Source of the DNA: the human T2T-CHM13v2.0 reference genome, Homo sapiens
Length of the DNA: 64,000 bases
Strand: one strand, 5' to 3'
Assembly: GCF_009914755.1 (NCBI RefSeq)
Contig: NC_060938.1
This document shows, piece by piece, positions 1 to 15,119 of this stretch (position 1 is its first letter; every line of letters starts with the position of its first letter). The position numbers and the translations under genes are program-made. The notes under the pieces were generated by a model. The model searched no databases, was not told the DNA's origin, and saw only the letters and a program-made list of their open reading frames with translations.

Positions 1-240
1 TGCATAACTTCTGCTCCCTTCCTTCATAGCCCTTGTTCCAGTGGTGATTTTATAATCATTTGTGTGATGATTTCATTTATTTATTGTCCATCTTCCCCAC
101 TGGACTGTGAAGTGAGGGCCTGGGTCCAGTTCCACTCCTCACTGTATCAGTTCCCCTGTGCACTCTACCATATTTGGTTCAAAGAGTATGCTCAGTAAAT
201 ACAGTTGAATGAATGAATGAAGGGAGGGAGGAATGAATGA
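1..240 (+). mobile_element. L2 LINE 3' end remnant
   Basis: Ends in L2-type terminus gctcagtaaatacagttgaatgaatgaatgaa; boundaries approximate. Confidence 0.65.
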
Positions 241-329
241 CTGAACATGGTTAGGTTCTGGCCTTTATCAGCGGCACAGCAATACTGCCAATTGTCAACC
301 TATGGTGCATGGACCACTTCCCAGGTACC

Positions 330-700
330 CAATCTCCTTCCATTCTTTCATTCTGTACACACTTACTGAATGCTTCTCTGAGCCAGGTTCTCGAATAAGA
401 CAAGCAGATATGGTGCCTGCCTTTAGGAAACGCAGCATGAGAAATCCAACAATGACAATACCATATGGCAGGACTTATCATACAGGTCTGAGAGCCCACC
501 ACAGAAGCCCAGTGAAGGAAATCCTTACTCTGTGGGGAGGGCCAGGGGAGGAGCTCTAAGAATGAGTAGTAATTCACCTGAAAAGAATACTGGAAGTGGT
601 GTTTTAGGTGGCAGGAACACCATGGGCAAATGTGTGGAGGGTGGAAATGCATGCCGAGTTTCAGCTCCAGCAAATGGTTTGGCTACATTTCAGCTTGGGT
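330..700 (-). mobile_element. L2 remnant
   Basis: cattctttcattc...acttactgaatgcttctctgagccagg is the reverse complement of an L2 3' end; highly diverged. Confidence 0.5.
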
Positions 701-1527
701 TAGGGACAAGATAATAAGAGTGTCATATACAGAATAGGTGCTTGAAAAATCTTGATAGAACTCCATTAAAAGATACTCCAGGCTTCTCTACTTGACATTT
801 CTATTCAGTGTGTGGTTTATTTAGCATTTGCTTTTTGTGAACTTTGGTTAGTTTTGATATTGCTGGAATTGGCAGTGAAAGGTGTTATAGTACTTTCCAC
901 CACAAAGAACGGGAATGGGAGTGCAGGGATCCAGATGGCTCCTTGAGTTACATGGCGGATGATCACCTGAATGCAAGACCTCATCCTGGTGAGGAGGACT
1001 TCAATGGCCCTGGTTCTCCACCTTCATGTGGGCAGCATCTGGGCTGTTGGCCCAATCTTGTGAGGATAAAAGCCTTTGCAAAAAGTGGTTGAATATTCAT
1101 GCAGTGCTTGATAATTAATGAAAGGATTCATGTGCAGCTTAGTTGATGTAAGAGCAAAATAAGAGGTGGGCACATCTACCTAAGGAAAGAACCAGAAATC
1201 CAAACAGGATTCCCAAGACATAGTTGGAGGGAATTAGACTCTGTGCCTCAGGTGGATGACCTCATGAAGGATTTTGATGTAAATGTATCGTGGGGAATGA
1301 GCAGAGAGTCAGCTAGTGGTTCAAGACATTGAAGTTTGAGTGTCAGCCTTGACACAAGCAGTGCAACCCAGGATAGGTGACTTCTCTACTGTGGGGCTCA
1401 GTGTTTACCTGTGAACAACGGGAATCCTTAGAATCTGCATCACAGTTTACTGTTTGTGTAAAACTTACTTTATCACATTGCCCACTGAACTGTCTGGAAT
1501 AACCGCTGTTCTGCAAATAGTAGCTGC

Positions 1528-1689
1528 TCCTTGTAGAGATCTTTCACCTCCTTGGTTAGACATATTCCTAGGTATTTAATTTTTGTGTGGCCACTGTAAA
1601 TGGGATTGTATTCTTGATTTGGCTGTCTGTTGGAATCTTATTGGTATATAGAAATGCTGCTGATTTTTGTACATTGATTTTGTATTCCT
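1528..1689 (-). mobile_element. Old L1 (L1M-type) ORF2 fragment
   Basis: tccttgtagagatctttcacctccttggttag...gtacattgattttgtattcct matches antisense L1 ORF2 and is homologous to about 18308-18468 in this window. Confidence 0.85.
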
Positions 1690-2123
1690 AAGGGTCCATT
1701 AAAGCTCAGAGTTTTCTCCAGCTGGTGGTAGAAGGGGAAGTCAGGATGATTCCAAGCAAGAAGGATCCCACCCTCAGTTGCTGGCTCTGAGGTGTGGCAG
1801 AAGTCCACAGGTGAGCCGCCGAAAGCAACCTCCAGTTGCTGAGAGCTGTTCCGGTCTGACAGTCAGTAAGGCAGCGGGTACTTCAATCCTACAACTACAA
1901 GGAACTAAATTCTGATAGTTTGGAAGCATATTTTTCCCTAGAAACTTCGATAAGACCCTGGCCAAGGCTGACACCTTGGTGTAAGTCTTTTGAGTCTCTA
2001 AGAGGAGAACCCAGTGGAGCCCATCCAGGCTCCTGACCTGCAGAACTGTGAGCTAATAAATGGTTATTGTTTTAAGCTACTTCGTCTGTGCTAATTTGTT
2101 ACACGGCACAGGAAAATTAACAC
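1690..2123 (+). mobile_element. MaLR LTR, MLT1E-like, 5' truncated
   Basis: gagttttctccagctggtggtagaaggggaagtcag and MLT1 3' end cagaactgtgagctaataaat...aaattaacaca. Confidence 0.75.
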
Positions 2124-2149
2124 ACTCAGATAAACCACAAAGCCAAAAC

Positions 2150-2280
2150 ATTCCCATTTTACAAATGAGGAAACTGAGGCCCAGCAGGATTGGTCATCTT
2201 GCCCAGCATCACACTGTCTATGGCAGGGTGTGGACTTGAACTGCATTCTGCTAAACTCCCAGGGTATCGCTCTGCTGTGC
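2150..2280 (-). mobile_element. MIR SINE
   Basis: MIR core cccattttacaaatgaggaaactgaggcccag. Confidence 0.75.
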
Positions 2281-3205
2281 CACACAGCCGTGTGTATTTA
2301 AATAGAAGAGCTCTGTGGTATATATTTCTTATTCAAATTACTCAACCGTTTGATCCACTTAGTTATTTAAAGGTGCAGAAATTGCTCAAAATAATAGAGA
2401 AAGGAGCATGCAATAGTATTACCTTTGTTGGCACTTAATGGGTAACTTGAGACCGAGCTTTCACATTAGTTAATTATGTGACGGTGAGTCTAGGAGGCCT
2501 GGGCCCACAGGCCTGGTGTCTTTGGCTCTCCTGGCAGATGCAAACATGACAGGCTATTGCTTATTGATCCTAGGCCATGGATTTGGCCTAACTTGCATTA
2601 TGGCATAATAGCACCCAGTAAATTGTAAGGGAATGGCAAAAGCTAAATGATGATCACATGTAAGCTATTAATGTAATTGTGTTCTTAAAGCCGCCTTCCT
2701 TAATTTACTCGAGTGGTGATTTCAGATTGAACTGGAGTCACAGCCCAGGAATAATTCATCCCCAGGCCTCACCCTGCATTTGAGTCAACAGCACATGACA
2801 CACATGGTGCTTGCTGCTTTATTGTTGAAATCCCATAATCTATGAGGCACTCTTGGTCATGAAGTAGCTCGTTATTAAAATATAATGTTATGTTCACGTG
2901 TGATTATTATTTTAATTCAGTGCTCTGTTGACTTATACAAGGTGGCCCACATTCTTTCAGCCTCTACTCTCCATTCTCCTACAGTAAAGTTAATTTATAC
3001 CAAGATGATAAAAAAAATTTGATTTATTTTACAACAGATCAGTAATTGTGCTCTACAAATAAGTTCGTAATGATAATCAACAGCATTTTCAACATAATTT
3101 AATTTGTCTTCTCCCGAGAGGTAGTTAAATGCAGTAATAATAACACCAGTGTTATGGACCCTGCAGCAGTTAATCATGGTCTGAATATGCAGACTGCCCC
3201 AATAT

Positions 3206-3304
3206 TGTATTGACAGAAATTAAATTAACCATCAGCTTGGGCAATCAGTGGCTATATAGCTATTAAAAGCAATAAAGGCAACAAACCCCAACCATTGCCA
3301 ATTA
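3206..3304 (+). repeat. Dispersed 99-bp element, copy 1 (ancient-repeat/conserved-element-like)
   Basis: Ungapped hand alignment to 17334-17432: 79/99 identical, first 50 bp 46/50. Confidence 0.9.
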
Positions 3305-4372
3305 CATTTTGACATATACAAGGAAAAGGACAGATGCTTTTGATTTGAGATTTTTATTTCAGTGAAAAAAAGACAGGAGAATAGCACCTTGAACTTACCA
3401 AGAGCTTCTTCCCCAAGGTGTGCTGAGCATGAGATGCATTCCCATTGGTGTCCTCTACTGATTGTCTTCTGTTTGTTAAAAGATAAAATAAAATTCAGTG
3501 ACCAGGAGTCATAGTTTGTAAAATTTTAAGACATTTCTCTGATCTACTTTGCCTTTCAGTGCCCCTAACTCACACAGTTCCCTACTTTTTCATCCTAGCA
3601 CTGTGGCATCTGACATAAGCACATTATGAGGACTGAGTTTTAAGGGTTAGAGTAAGCAGGGGTTTAAGAAAAGAAGAAGAAACCTAATATTTTTGAGGTT
3701 ATAAAGACTCAGATTTAACAAACCCAATGATGCTGTGACAAAACATCATTTCACCATTATCTGGGGGAGATTCTGAGCTGGTTTAATTCAGTCCAAGACA
3801 AAATAGAGGCGTGAGGTAGTAGGACTTCTTTCTTTCTTTCTTATATTGTTCTCTCCTTTTTTCCGTCTTTCTTTTCTTGTTCCTTTTGTGTCTAGCATGC
3901 CACCTACGTTCTTGGGGGAGCTTTTAATCAACCTCAGCCTTTGAATCTGGAAGTTTTCCACATAGGGTTAGTTATATAGGGGTCCTGACTTAGCCATGGA
4001 GCCCAGATGGGCTTACCCCTACTGAATGGTCAATGGGTACCATATTGACTGTAGTTGATGGGAGAAGGCTCTTGCTGGACATCGGTAGCAAGGGTGATCA
4101 ATAAGTCTTCTGGACACTGGCGTTGGGCATAGTACTCTTAAAGACTGGACCATCTGTGGACCTGGGCATGACTCCCATGAAACTCTCTGGTACTAGGAAC
4201 AGATGGCATTTCGAGTTGGCTGGGTAGGGTCTAAATGCCAACTCTGTCTACATCGCCCCCCTGAGTCCTGTTATTCTAGATCCCCTTGGACCTCTCCTTC
4301 CCTGTGACCTGCTGTCTCTCCCCCTCCTCCACCTTGGAGAATATTTGAGGTTGGCTAAGATGCTTGACTTTC

Positions 4373-4920
4373 ATGGTAGACAAAATATTGACCTCCTCTT
4401 CCCACAAAAAGAGGTCTATACCCTGATACTCAGAACCTGTGAATATGTTATCTTACATGGCAATGACACTTTACAGATGTGATTAAAGATCTTGACATGA
4501 GGGGAAATGTCCTGGATTATCCAGGTAAGCCCAATGTAATCACAAGGGTCTTTAGAAAAGAGAGGGAGGAGGTTCGGAGAGAAGAAAGTGGCATCACGAT
4601 GGAAGCAGAGGGTGGAAAGGAGATGGGATGACGGTCAGAGTCAGCAAGAGATTTGAAGATGCTACACTGCTAACTTGGAGATGCAGGGATAGGCCATGAG
4701 CCAAGGAATGAAGGTGGTCTCCAGAAGCTGAAAAAGACCAGGAAATGGGGATTCCAATTTGCCCTCCAGAGGGAGCACAGCCCTCCTGATATCTTGATTG
4801 CAGCCCAGTGCAATCCATGTGAGACTTCTGACCTCCCAAATTGGAAGATAATACATTTGCACTGTTTTAAGCCACTAAGTTTGTGGTAATTTATTGCAGG
4901 CACAGTAGGAAATGAACACA
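4373..4920 (+). mobile_element. MLT1D-like solo LTR
   Basis: agaacctgtgaatatgttatcttacatggcaa...gattatccaggtaagcccaatgtaatcacaaggg...taagccactaagtttgtggtaattt...aaatgaacaca. Confidence 0.85.
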
Positions 4921-7900
4921 GCTCTTTACCTTTTTAAAAACATGTTGCTTGTAAAATATATTATGTAGACTGAGTTCTTTGTATCTTAGATTTTTTAAAC
5001 CCCAAAACTCAGGTGTTTGTGAGTCCGCAATGTTGGCTTTTGAAACACGCTAGTGTTCTGTCTGCTTTTCTGCCGTGTGATCGTTCTTCTGAGGCAATGG
5101 AAGTCACTGAAGGATGGTAGAAAGGACAAAGAGAACAAGGAGAACAAAGACAAAAGAACAAAGAGAACGAGAAAAAGAAAATTCAATCAACCTCTCAAAT
5201 TGTTTTTCTGGCAGCTCTGGGTGAAAGGTTTCAGTTATATATGATGGGTCCTGAAGGCACTACCTCCCAGCCTACCCTCCTGACCATGCATAATTCTGGG
5301 CCTTGCCCTTCTCCAAAGTGTGGAGAGGTGGTTTGGGTAGGACACAGGCAGAGTAACCAATTCAGCTCAGTTTTCCTGGGACTTTCCCATTTTAGTGCTG
5401 CAAGTCTTTTGTCCCATAGCTTTCTTCATCCAGGGCAAGGGAGAAGTTGCTCACCTGAGCCACAGGTCATAAAAACCACAGCTGGGAGGCTGTCAGGGCC
5501 ACCAGGGCCACCAATCACCTGGCATTGTTGTCCTCAAGGTGTGTCCCAAAGAACCTTAGGAAGTCCACTCACCTTCCTCAGGGACCACAGGGGAGGTGGG
5601 AGAGTATGTGTGGCAAGGACATAGCTTCGGGCTCCATATTCCTGCTTTAAACAGTGACTCTGCTGTATTAGGCTACGTTTTGAACAATGACTTTTGGCTG
5701 ATAACAATGCAAAACAAGGCAAAATTAGACTTGAAGAAAACTGATATAGCATGTGTCCATTATAGAGAGGAAAAATGTGAGACCTGGAGAGGGGCAGTGA
5801 TTCTGGAAGCACCAGGGTTAGAGCTCAGGTGTTCTCACTTCACGTTCATGCTCCTCTTGCAGCTCGTGTCCTTGTCTTGTAGGCCATGTTCCTATACACC
5901 TTCTCCAGCTCTGCACTCCTGATGGTGCTTTAGCCAACAAATCCTGCTCTTAGGCAATGTTCCATGAATACATAGGAAACAAGGACTTTGGCTCCTTGGA
6001 GCCTGCAGGAAGCAGAATGGTTACTGCAGTCTCTATCAGTTGAAGAAATCTCCAAATTCTTTCCTCCTAGATAATACCTTTTAGAAACTCAATTGCAAAA
6101 TAAATAGTGTTTCTGGGAATATTAAACCTACTTCATTCACATCTTTGCCACCACTTAAGATCATGGAGCTGGGTCTGGCAGAAAAGAGAGAAAGTGTCCT
6201 TGGAAAATATTTTTCAAAAGCGCACTCTGCTATCCGCTGAAGGTATAGTGCTGAGAGATACATCCCTGGCCTCAAGGGGATTGTAATCTAAAGGAATATT
6301 CATGCCAATAAACGAGCAATGACAACAGGATAGCCACATTCTGGGCAGCAGAACTCAAAGATGACTTTGGAGTCCAGAGGAAGGGAAGGGATCCAACCTG
6401 ATACTAGGGCTGGGAGGGGAGGTCATGGAAGATTTCTCAGAGGAAGCTGAGACTAAAACTTGGAAAATGTAAGCCAGGCAAGAAAGATCATCATCCACTT
6501 TGATTCCCACAACTGGCCTGGGAGGGAAAGACTCTTCAATTAAGAGAAAATAAAAGAAATTTTCTTTTAATAGACAAGCAAACTGGGGCCCAGAGAATTT
6601 GCTTCAAGTCTCTGAATTTGGTGGTTGTGGACTCTGATCAGAACATGGACTTATTCATTCCGAATCCAATGCTCTTTACACTTTGGGAGAGGTAGGGCTT
6701 GGCACTGCCTCTTCACGAGGGCACAGGATGGGCAAAAAAGAAAGATGGCATCATCTTTGGTTCCTTGAGGATCAAGCAGACAGTCTTTGAATGGGAGCTG
6801 ACTTTACTCTTCAAACCAACTTCCCCTGCTTCAAGGATGAGCCCAGGGCTCTGCTGATGGAATTCAGATCTCAAATGGAATTGAGCATTTCTTGGCCCAA
6901 ACTGATATTATTAGGGGGTCCTATCATCTCTTATACTGCCTGGATTTGCTACACAGAGTATACCAAAAGAAGGCCAACACCCAATCTATTTCAACAAATA
7001 CCACTTTTACTTTGTTTATTATATATATTTATGTAACTATAGAAATTACACATTATGATTTTGTTTGAGTTTCTACAGAATCTTTGACTTAAAAAAATGT
7101 TATGACTTCAATTCTAGGCATTGCTATTCTATGGAAGTTAAAACACTATCTGAAAAATGACCATAACATGGACATTTCATTTAGAAATGGGAATTTGAGG
7201 GATTTATAACCTCTGGATTTATGAGCATTAAGAAAAAATACCACAGCCAGCAGAACCTATATAGTTTACAGTTGATATCAGACCGGAAATTTAACATGTG
7301 AATCATGTTAAAAAACTTGGGGTTGTGAGTGGAAGAATATAATCTTCTATCTTCCTTTTGAAAAGCCATGTGAACTTGACATTAAATCATTTCAGCTTCT
7401 TGAAAGAACAATCAACTAAAACCTCAAAGAAAATAAAAACGTTAGTGACGTTTATACAATTATTGGTCAAACTCAGTTTGATCTTCAATTTAAGAGATTG
7501 CTCGGATTCATATATTACAGAGACATGACAATAGTGCAAGTATTTGTCAGTAATAAAGTGCATTTTGAGACCACAGATTGGCCCCTTAAGAATATCTATA
7601 GAGCATAATGTGAGGGGCCAGCATGGGAGAGGCAGCTTCCTATTTATTGCCCCTGGGCTTGCAGTAATGAAGAAGTCAAGGTATAGAGGTAATGCCATGA
7701 ATTGATCCAGAAAAATATTTTCTAGATTATAGAGACCAGAAGGATCAAGGATCATAACTCTTCTTTTTCGTGGATAAAAATAAATGAAGCTCAAAGCAGG
7801 CAGATGTCATGTCTAGGGGCTGCACAGACAGTTCAGGGAAGTGATGTCAAGGATGGTTTTGTGGGAGGGCTCACTGTGATATCACATTTAGGAAGAACTT

Positions 7901-8449
7901 CTGGACAATAATAAAATAATAAATAATAAAGTAATAACAAAATAATCTTAATTTGTGTTTCTAGTTACTCCTAAGCACCTACCAGTGTGCCCAACCATGT
8001 TGGGCTGGGCCCAGAGGATGTGGAGATGATGTCAACAGCGCAACAGCAGCCCTGAGGTCAAGGACGCCCTTTATATAACCATGAAACAGAAAAAAATACA
8101 TCTATTGTGCATCTGGCTGGGGGACAGAGTTCAATGAAATGTGGGAGAGTCTGTATATTTGGATATAATGAAGTATGGTAAATGCAAGGGCAATGCATGT
8201 CAGCAGGTTTTAAGATGAACCTAAGAACAGGGTCGGGGTTTGAAAAGGGTCTCAGGAGCAGATATTCCTGTGGGAGGACCTGACAGGTGAGAAGCACACA
8301 GTTATCAAATTAGAGAGGTGAGTTTAGGAAGAACCCACTCTACTCCTAGGGAAAGCAGAGGAGATATAAAAAAATGACACTGGCAAGCGTAGGAATTAAT
8401 ACCAGTGGTCCTGGATTGCCATGCTGGTGTTTGGATTCATGTATTTCAT

Positions 8450-8672
8450 CAGGTGTCTGCAGACTATAGCTTGGGGCACAAATCTGGCCTGCCACCTGTT
8501 TTTATAAATAAAGTTTTATTGGAACACAGACATGCCCATTAATTTACATGTTGTCTATGGCTGTTGTCACAATACAACAGCAGCACCGAGCAGTTGTGAC
8601 ACAGACTGTGTGCCCAGCAAAGCCTAAAATATTTGCCATCCTACCCTTTAAGAAAATGTTTGCTGGCCCCTT
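8450..8672 (+). mobile_element. MER58A (hAT-Charlie non-autonomous)
   Basis: cctgtttttataaataaagttttattggaacacag...gcaaagcctaaaatattt...aaaatgtttgctggcccct; about 220 bp, near full length. Confidence 0.9.
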
Positions 8673-8803
8673 TGTTAGTCACTGGGAGGGCAGGGGAAAA
8701 TTTTGAGTGAAAAGAATAATCTGGGTTTATCTAAGGTGCACTGGATGGGGAAGGCTCAGAGACCTTTTCTCCATTACTCTTTCTTCTCTTCTTCTTTGGC
8801 TGT

Positions 8804-9019
8804 CAGTGGTGTGCTGGTAAATGTTTAACAACTGGCTCTTTGTGGAGGAAGAAAAATCCACCAAACCTGAAGTACAGAGTTTGCCAATTTCCATGCTGTA
8901 AATATTTTCACTATGGCTGATATCAAACTACCAGGTGAGGTCACTGAAGGCAGAGTCGGTAAAAGAGATGTACACAGCCTGCTCTGGAGGACTGTATGAG
9001 CTGAGTCCAACACACCCTG
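8804..9019 (-). mobile_element. MER63A-like (hAT-Blackjack)
   Basis: Terminal inverted repeats cagtggtgtgctgg ... ccaacacaccctg; internal gtttgccaatttccatgctgtaaata. Confidence 0.85.
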
Positions 9020-10137
9020 CCTGGCTTCCCCTATAGAGAGCCTCAGTCATTCACCAGCAATCCTGGAAAGCCTCATGTACGATAGAGCCACAGAAAGCCA
9101 CTTACTTCCTGTCTGGCATGGGCAGTAGCCCTTCAGACACTTTCTGGTCAGACAACCTGTCAGCAGCTGCAGAAGTTGACCCTGGCTAATGCAGCAAAAG
9201 AGCCACGTGCTGGAAGCCTGTGGGAGAGGTCACAGGAATGAGGCAAAGGCTGAATGACCACTTTTCTGGAAAGATGCTGTAGATCTAGGTATCTAGGCAG
9301 GAGGCTCTAGGTAGGACACTGGGGATGTTGGCCATCTAGGCAGCAGGAGCCACGTGGCTTTGCAAAAGGAAGGTTGCATAGAAGGTGATATTCTTCTACT
9401 CAGAACTCCAAGCTGATCATGTTTTTGTGTATGAAAGTCACCAGGTGGTGCTGACACGAGCTGGCAGGTGAGAACCTTGGTGTGGGGCCTCATTTGTGCA
9501 GCGCCTGGTTAAGAGACACACCAAGCTAAGCACTATCGATACATTCACTTAAATCCTCTGTGCAACATCTGGTATGAAATGCCTACTGTGAACCAGGCAC
9601 AGTGCTGGACACTGGGATACAAATACAAGTAAAAAGAAAAACAAGAAAACAAATGCTACCCTCCAGACCTTGACATGTCGGGAAAAGAGGGGTGAATATT
9701 CCAGTAACTGCAGTTCAATCTGGTGGATGGTTAAAGGAATACACCCTGTGGTACTGACAACCTGGAGCCACTGTCAACTGAGCTAGTGTCCTCACAGAAG
9801 TGCCTTTAAAGAGTTACATTTTCATGCCACATTTTCGTCAAGGCTTTTACTATAGGATCATGTGAAACAAAGATGAGAAGATGTATTTCTGCGTTTTTTG
9901 GTAAAACTTCTGTTGAAGATAGTATTCATTGCATTGCCTAGTGCGTAAAAGGTCCCACAATAAATTCTCCTAAGAGTTTAGTGCTAGGAAAAAAAAATTG
10001 CTCTCCTATTAAATGTTTTGCTGAAACTTTTGTCAGATCATGAGACTTTGTGACTTATCCTGTTTCTCTTTTTCTTTAATTGCTAGGAAATTCCCACTTA
10101 ATTACATTGAGGACATCACCACCATGATCATACTTGT

Positions 10138-10491
10138 TGATATGGTTTGGCTGTGTCCGCACCCAAATCTCATCTCGAATGGTAGCTCCTGTAATTCCCA
10201 CGTGTCATGGGAGGGGCCCAGTTGGAGGTAATTGAATAATGGAAGTGGGTCTTTTCCATGCTGTTCTCATGATAGTGAATATGTCTTATGAGATCTGATG
10301 GTTTCATAAATAGTGTTTCCCCTGCACACACTCTCTTGCCTGCCACCATGGAAGACAGGACTTTCCTTCTCTTTCACCTTCTGCCATGATTGTGAGGCCT
10401 CTCCAGCCATGTGGAACTGTGAATCAATTAAATCTCTTTCCTTTATAAATTACCCAGTCTCAAGTATGTTCTTATTACCAAAGTGAGAACA
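10138..10491 (+). mobile_element. THE1B-like solo LTR (last ~10 bp missing)
   Basis: Starts tgatatggtttggctgtgtcc; ends ttataaattacccagtctc...gtgagaaca, directly abutting an Alu. Confidence 0.9.
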
Positions 10492-10809
<318 letters not shown>

Positions 10810-12559
10810 CTGATTGAAATTATGTCTGGATCCAGTTAAATTAAATTATATATAATAATTTAATAACTATTATATATAATAATGATAATGGCATCATTTG
10901 CTGAGAGTCAATACTCGATTTGATGTGATTCTGATATTTTTAGAAATGGACTGTCTTATTGTTGAACAAATTTAAGTGAAATCCCTATAAAATTACATAA
11001 TGGAAGTAAACACGTGTTCTTGCTAAAAATCATTGTTGCCCCATTCCCCCATCTCTGTAATTAATCAAGTTATTCTCCAGGTTGCTTGATTGGACGCACT
11101 GCTCCCAAGTCCCTCCTTCCACCGGAGTCCCCTGGGAACATATACCTCAGTGCTGGACCATTGCCTGAGTCCACACTTGCCTCACCTCTTGTGAATCTGT
11201 CATTCTGACCCGGGGTTTTCCTGACCACTCTATTGCTGTTCACCACTCCATCCTTCCAACTGCCAGTACTGCACCTGGTCCAGAATTCATAAGAGACAAA
11301 CAGCCTGGCTCTGCTTCCCACCGGTTTTCTCATCAAGGCTCAAGCAGGAAGATTCTAGGAAACTTTTCAAGTATTTAGGAATTTACATTGGATGAATGAG
11401 GCTCAGACTGGCTGAACGTGTGGCAGGAACTCCACTTTCAGGGTGGACAGGGGAATTTATTGCGTTAGATAAAATTCAGCTTAAGAAGCCACAAGAAACC
11501 TCACAGTGGGCATGAAAGGTGGCCTGCAGTTTGAATGGCTTTTTAGGGACCTAAAGGAGATGTTGTCTGAAGACATCAAAAACAAACTGAGACATAGATC
11601 TGCGCGAACTGTCGTTTTTCTCCTTTCTTCCTCCTCAGCCACATTTTAATACTTCCTCTGTTAAGGCCACTTGTCTCATCTTTCCTTTGCAAGATATTTC
11701 CCAATGAAAGATGAAGAAGGGCTGATGCATGACATGGAAAATTACTTTTCTGGTCACTGGACTGGCTGTAGATTTCCTTCCTGCCATACTAGTGTCCACC
11801 CCCTATCTGCAGGTTGATTTGTTAGATGTGGGGCCTCTTCTAGGTGAAGGAGAAATAGGTAGAAAGTTGTCATAAAACTGCAGGTCACTGTGCCTTCTCT
11901 GGTTACCTCACTCTGAAATGAAAAACTGGATTGCTATCTCAAAATGGCATGTCCCCCTCTAGGCTCTAAAATATTAAACATATATGCACACGTGTACACA
12001 GACATAAATAAAAGGCACTCATTGCTCACCTAAGCCAGAGACACTACTAATACATAAACAACCAAGAGATTTTTCCAGGTGATATTTCCTTCCTTGCAAA
12101 CATTCACCTATATATTACTGCATTGACAGCAGAAGTCACATTACTAGCAGTTCTATTTTCCATAACAGTTATCCAAAGAAGTTTCTGCCTTGCTGAATGA
12201 CAGGTTTGCATGCACGGACATAAGACCATGGCTGATACTCTGTTATGACATCCATCTTCACTTATAAGGAAAGATAGAGTTTCTCTCATCTCTCTATCAC
12301 TGGTGAGTTTTCCTCCCTTCCTCCTCTATAAGGATATATGTCATAACAGAGATCAGCTTCTAGGTAATTTCTCTTTCTCTATGCAGAAGTTATGAATATT
12401 GCCAACTGCATACATGAAGTTGGTAGGAAGAGGGCAGAAGATTCCACTTGCCACTCTTTGTTTGTTGGAAAACAAACAGCACAGAGAACTGCCTTATCTC
12501 CTCAAGCAGCAAACAAACTTGGTTTCCTTTAATGGTATCCTTATTTTCAGAGATAGCAG

Positions 12560-13110
12560 CTCAGCTGAGCTAGACCATATTCCTCGATCACTTATCGAAC
12601 CCTTCTCCCCCAGCAATGCTTTTACCTCTCATCTATCACCTCCTCCAACTTTCTTCTTGGTCATGCATTTTTTTCATTCTGCATCTCTCCTTATGTTCTC
12701 TCCCTTGTCTCTGAGTAAGGGGTCTATTCCTACTTTCCATGCCGAAGTCTTGTCCTTGTGCTACTGATTCAGGCCCTTTATCCCTCTCTAGGAACTTGCT
12801 TCACTGGGGTAAGCCCATTCTCTCCAACATATGCAGCTTCCCTGAATTGCTGATTGAAGGGTTCTAGCTGGCAACTCCAATGAGCCATGCCTGAGGCACC
12901 ACTAGCTCACCTTGCCATCTCAACAATCAACATATACTCACTCATCTCTTTTACTCAGCATCTTAATTTACCTTCCAATGGCATTTGACATTCTCCTCCT
13001 TCACATGCTCTCTTTCCCTGGCTTCTGGAGCATCACCTTCTCCTCCTTTTTCCTGGGGCAGCCTCTTTGCTTATTTTACTGGCTCCTCATTCTCTGTATG
13101 CCCCTTAAGT
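12560..13110 (+). mobile_element. L2 internal remnant
   Basis: Pyrimidine-rich L2-like text, e.g. gcatttgacattctcctccttc...tccctggcttctggagcatcacc; very diverged. Confidence 0.45.
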
Positions 13111-13117
13111 CAGTATT

Positions 13118-13555
13118 TCATATCAGCTAGGAATGCATTCAGTAACAGAAAGTCCAACCTCAATGACTTAAACAAAGAGGAGGAAGAAGATGTCTGAAGG
13201 TGAGCAGAGGCTGGCATTGCTTTGCAGCTCAGTGATGCCGTCTTGGACTCCTTAGTGGGCTGGCTTCTATTCTTATGCTGTCTACCTCTTGACTGTAAAA
13301 TGGCTGCCACCTTAAATCTCATGTCCTCACAGCAGCATCCAAAGCAGGAAGGAAGTACAGGTGCAAAAACCATATCTTTCTGTGATTTTCCCAGAAGCCC
13401 CAGCAGAATTTCTCTTGTGTCTTGTTGGATAGAACTGTGTTACAGGCCAATCTGCTCACCTCCACATGTAAGAGAGGCTAGAAAGTGGGTGTCTAGCAAA
13501 TGGAAATGGGATTGCCATGATAAGAATCAATCAAGATGCATTCGCTGAGGCTGGG
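13118..13555 (-). mobile_element. Old MLT1 (K/L/N-like) LTR
   Basis: atcagctaggaatgcattcagtaacagaaa...aatgacttaaacaaag; aaaatggctgcc; cccagaagccccagcagaatttctctt. Confidence 0.65.
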
Positions 13556-13594
13556 AGAAGGGCTCATCTTTTTAGAAATCAAAGTGCCACTATG

Positions 13595-14380
<786 letters not shown>

Positions 14381-15119
14381 CCATTCTACTCACTGAACCA
14401 AGCATTGGAGTTCTGTGAGCAGGGAAGACAGAATAGATGAGGAATGGTTGGTGGACAACTAGTGAATGGTTGCATGTCAGAGGCACCCCCCTGCTACTCT
14501 GCTCTTGATATTTTGTTTCATAACAAACTTTCCCTGGTTGACCTCATCCACTTCCATGACCTCAGCTTTCACCTTCAAGCCAGAGACTGCCAAATCCCTG
14601 CCTCTACCTCTCCCTTCTCACATGAGCTCCAGACCCACCTTTCATTTATGAGTGACTCCAGCAAACTATCGGACGGTCTCATGGGCATCCCAAACTCACA
14701 AAGTCTTGAACCAATCTAACTTCCTTCCTGAAACCAATTCTTTTGTTTCACCCACCCCATTGCCTACACACATATCTGTGCCTCAAGCTCCACCTTATAA
14801 TATAGAATTTTTACATAAGTTGGCTTCATATCTGGTCTTGAAACTGTATTTGCCAAAAAATGAAACTTTTAGAGAAGAGGTGTGTGTCATAAAACTTTAT
14901 AAAACATTTTGTTGGTATCCCTGGAAGGCCCTTCTTGCCTGATATTCACTGGGCCACAGAATCCTTCAGAATTCTGCTATCTGAATCTCTCGTGGGCTGC
15001 TCCTTCTTCCCCACCTGCACTGACTGGGGTGAGGCTGAGACACGAGGGTACAATGCATGACTCACTGAAAGGTCAGCCATGGGATACCAAGAGGCCATCA
15101 TGACAATATCATACACACA

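Noticed and set aside
3880-4350. Possible old ERV/Gypsy internal fragment
   Set aside because: No recognisable gag/pol motif or consensus match found by eye
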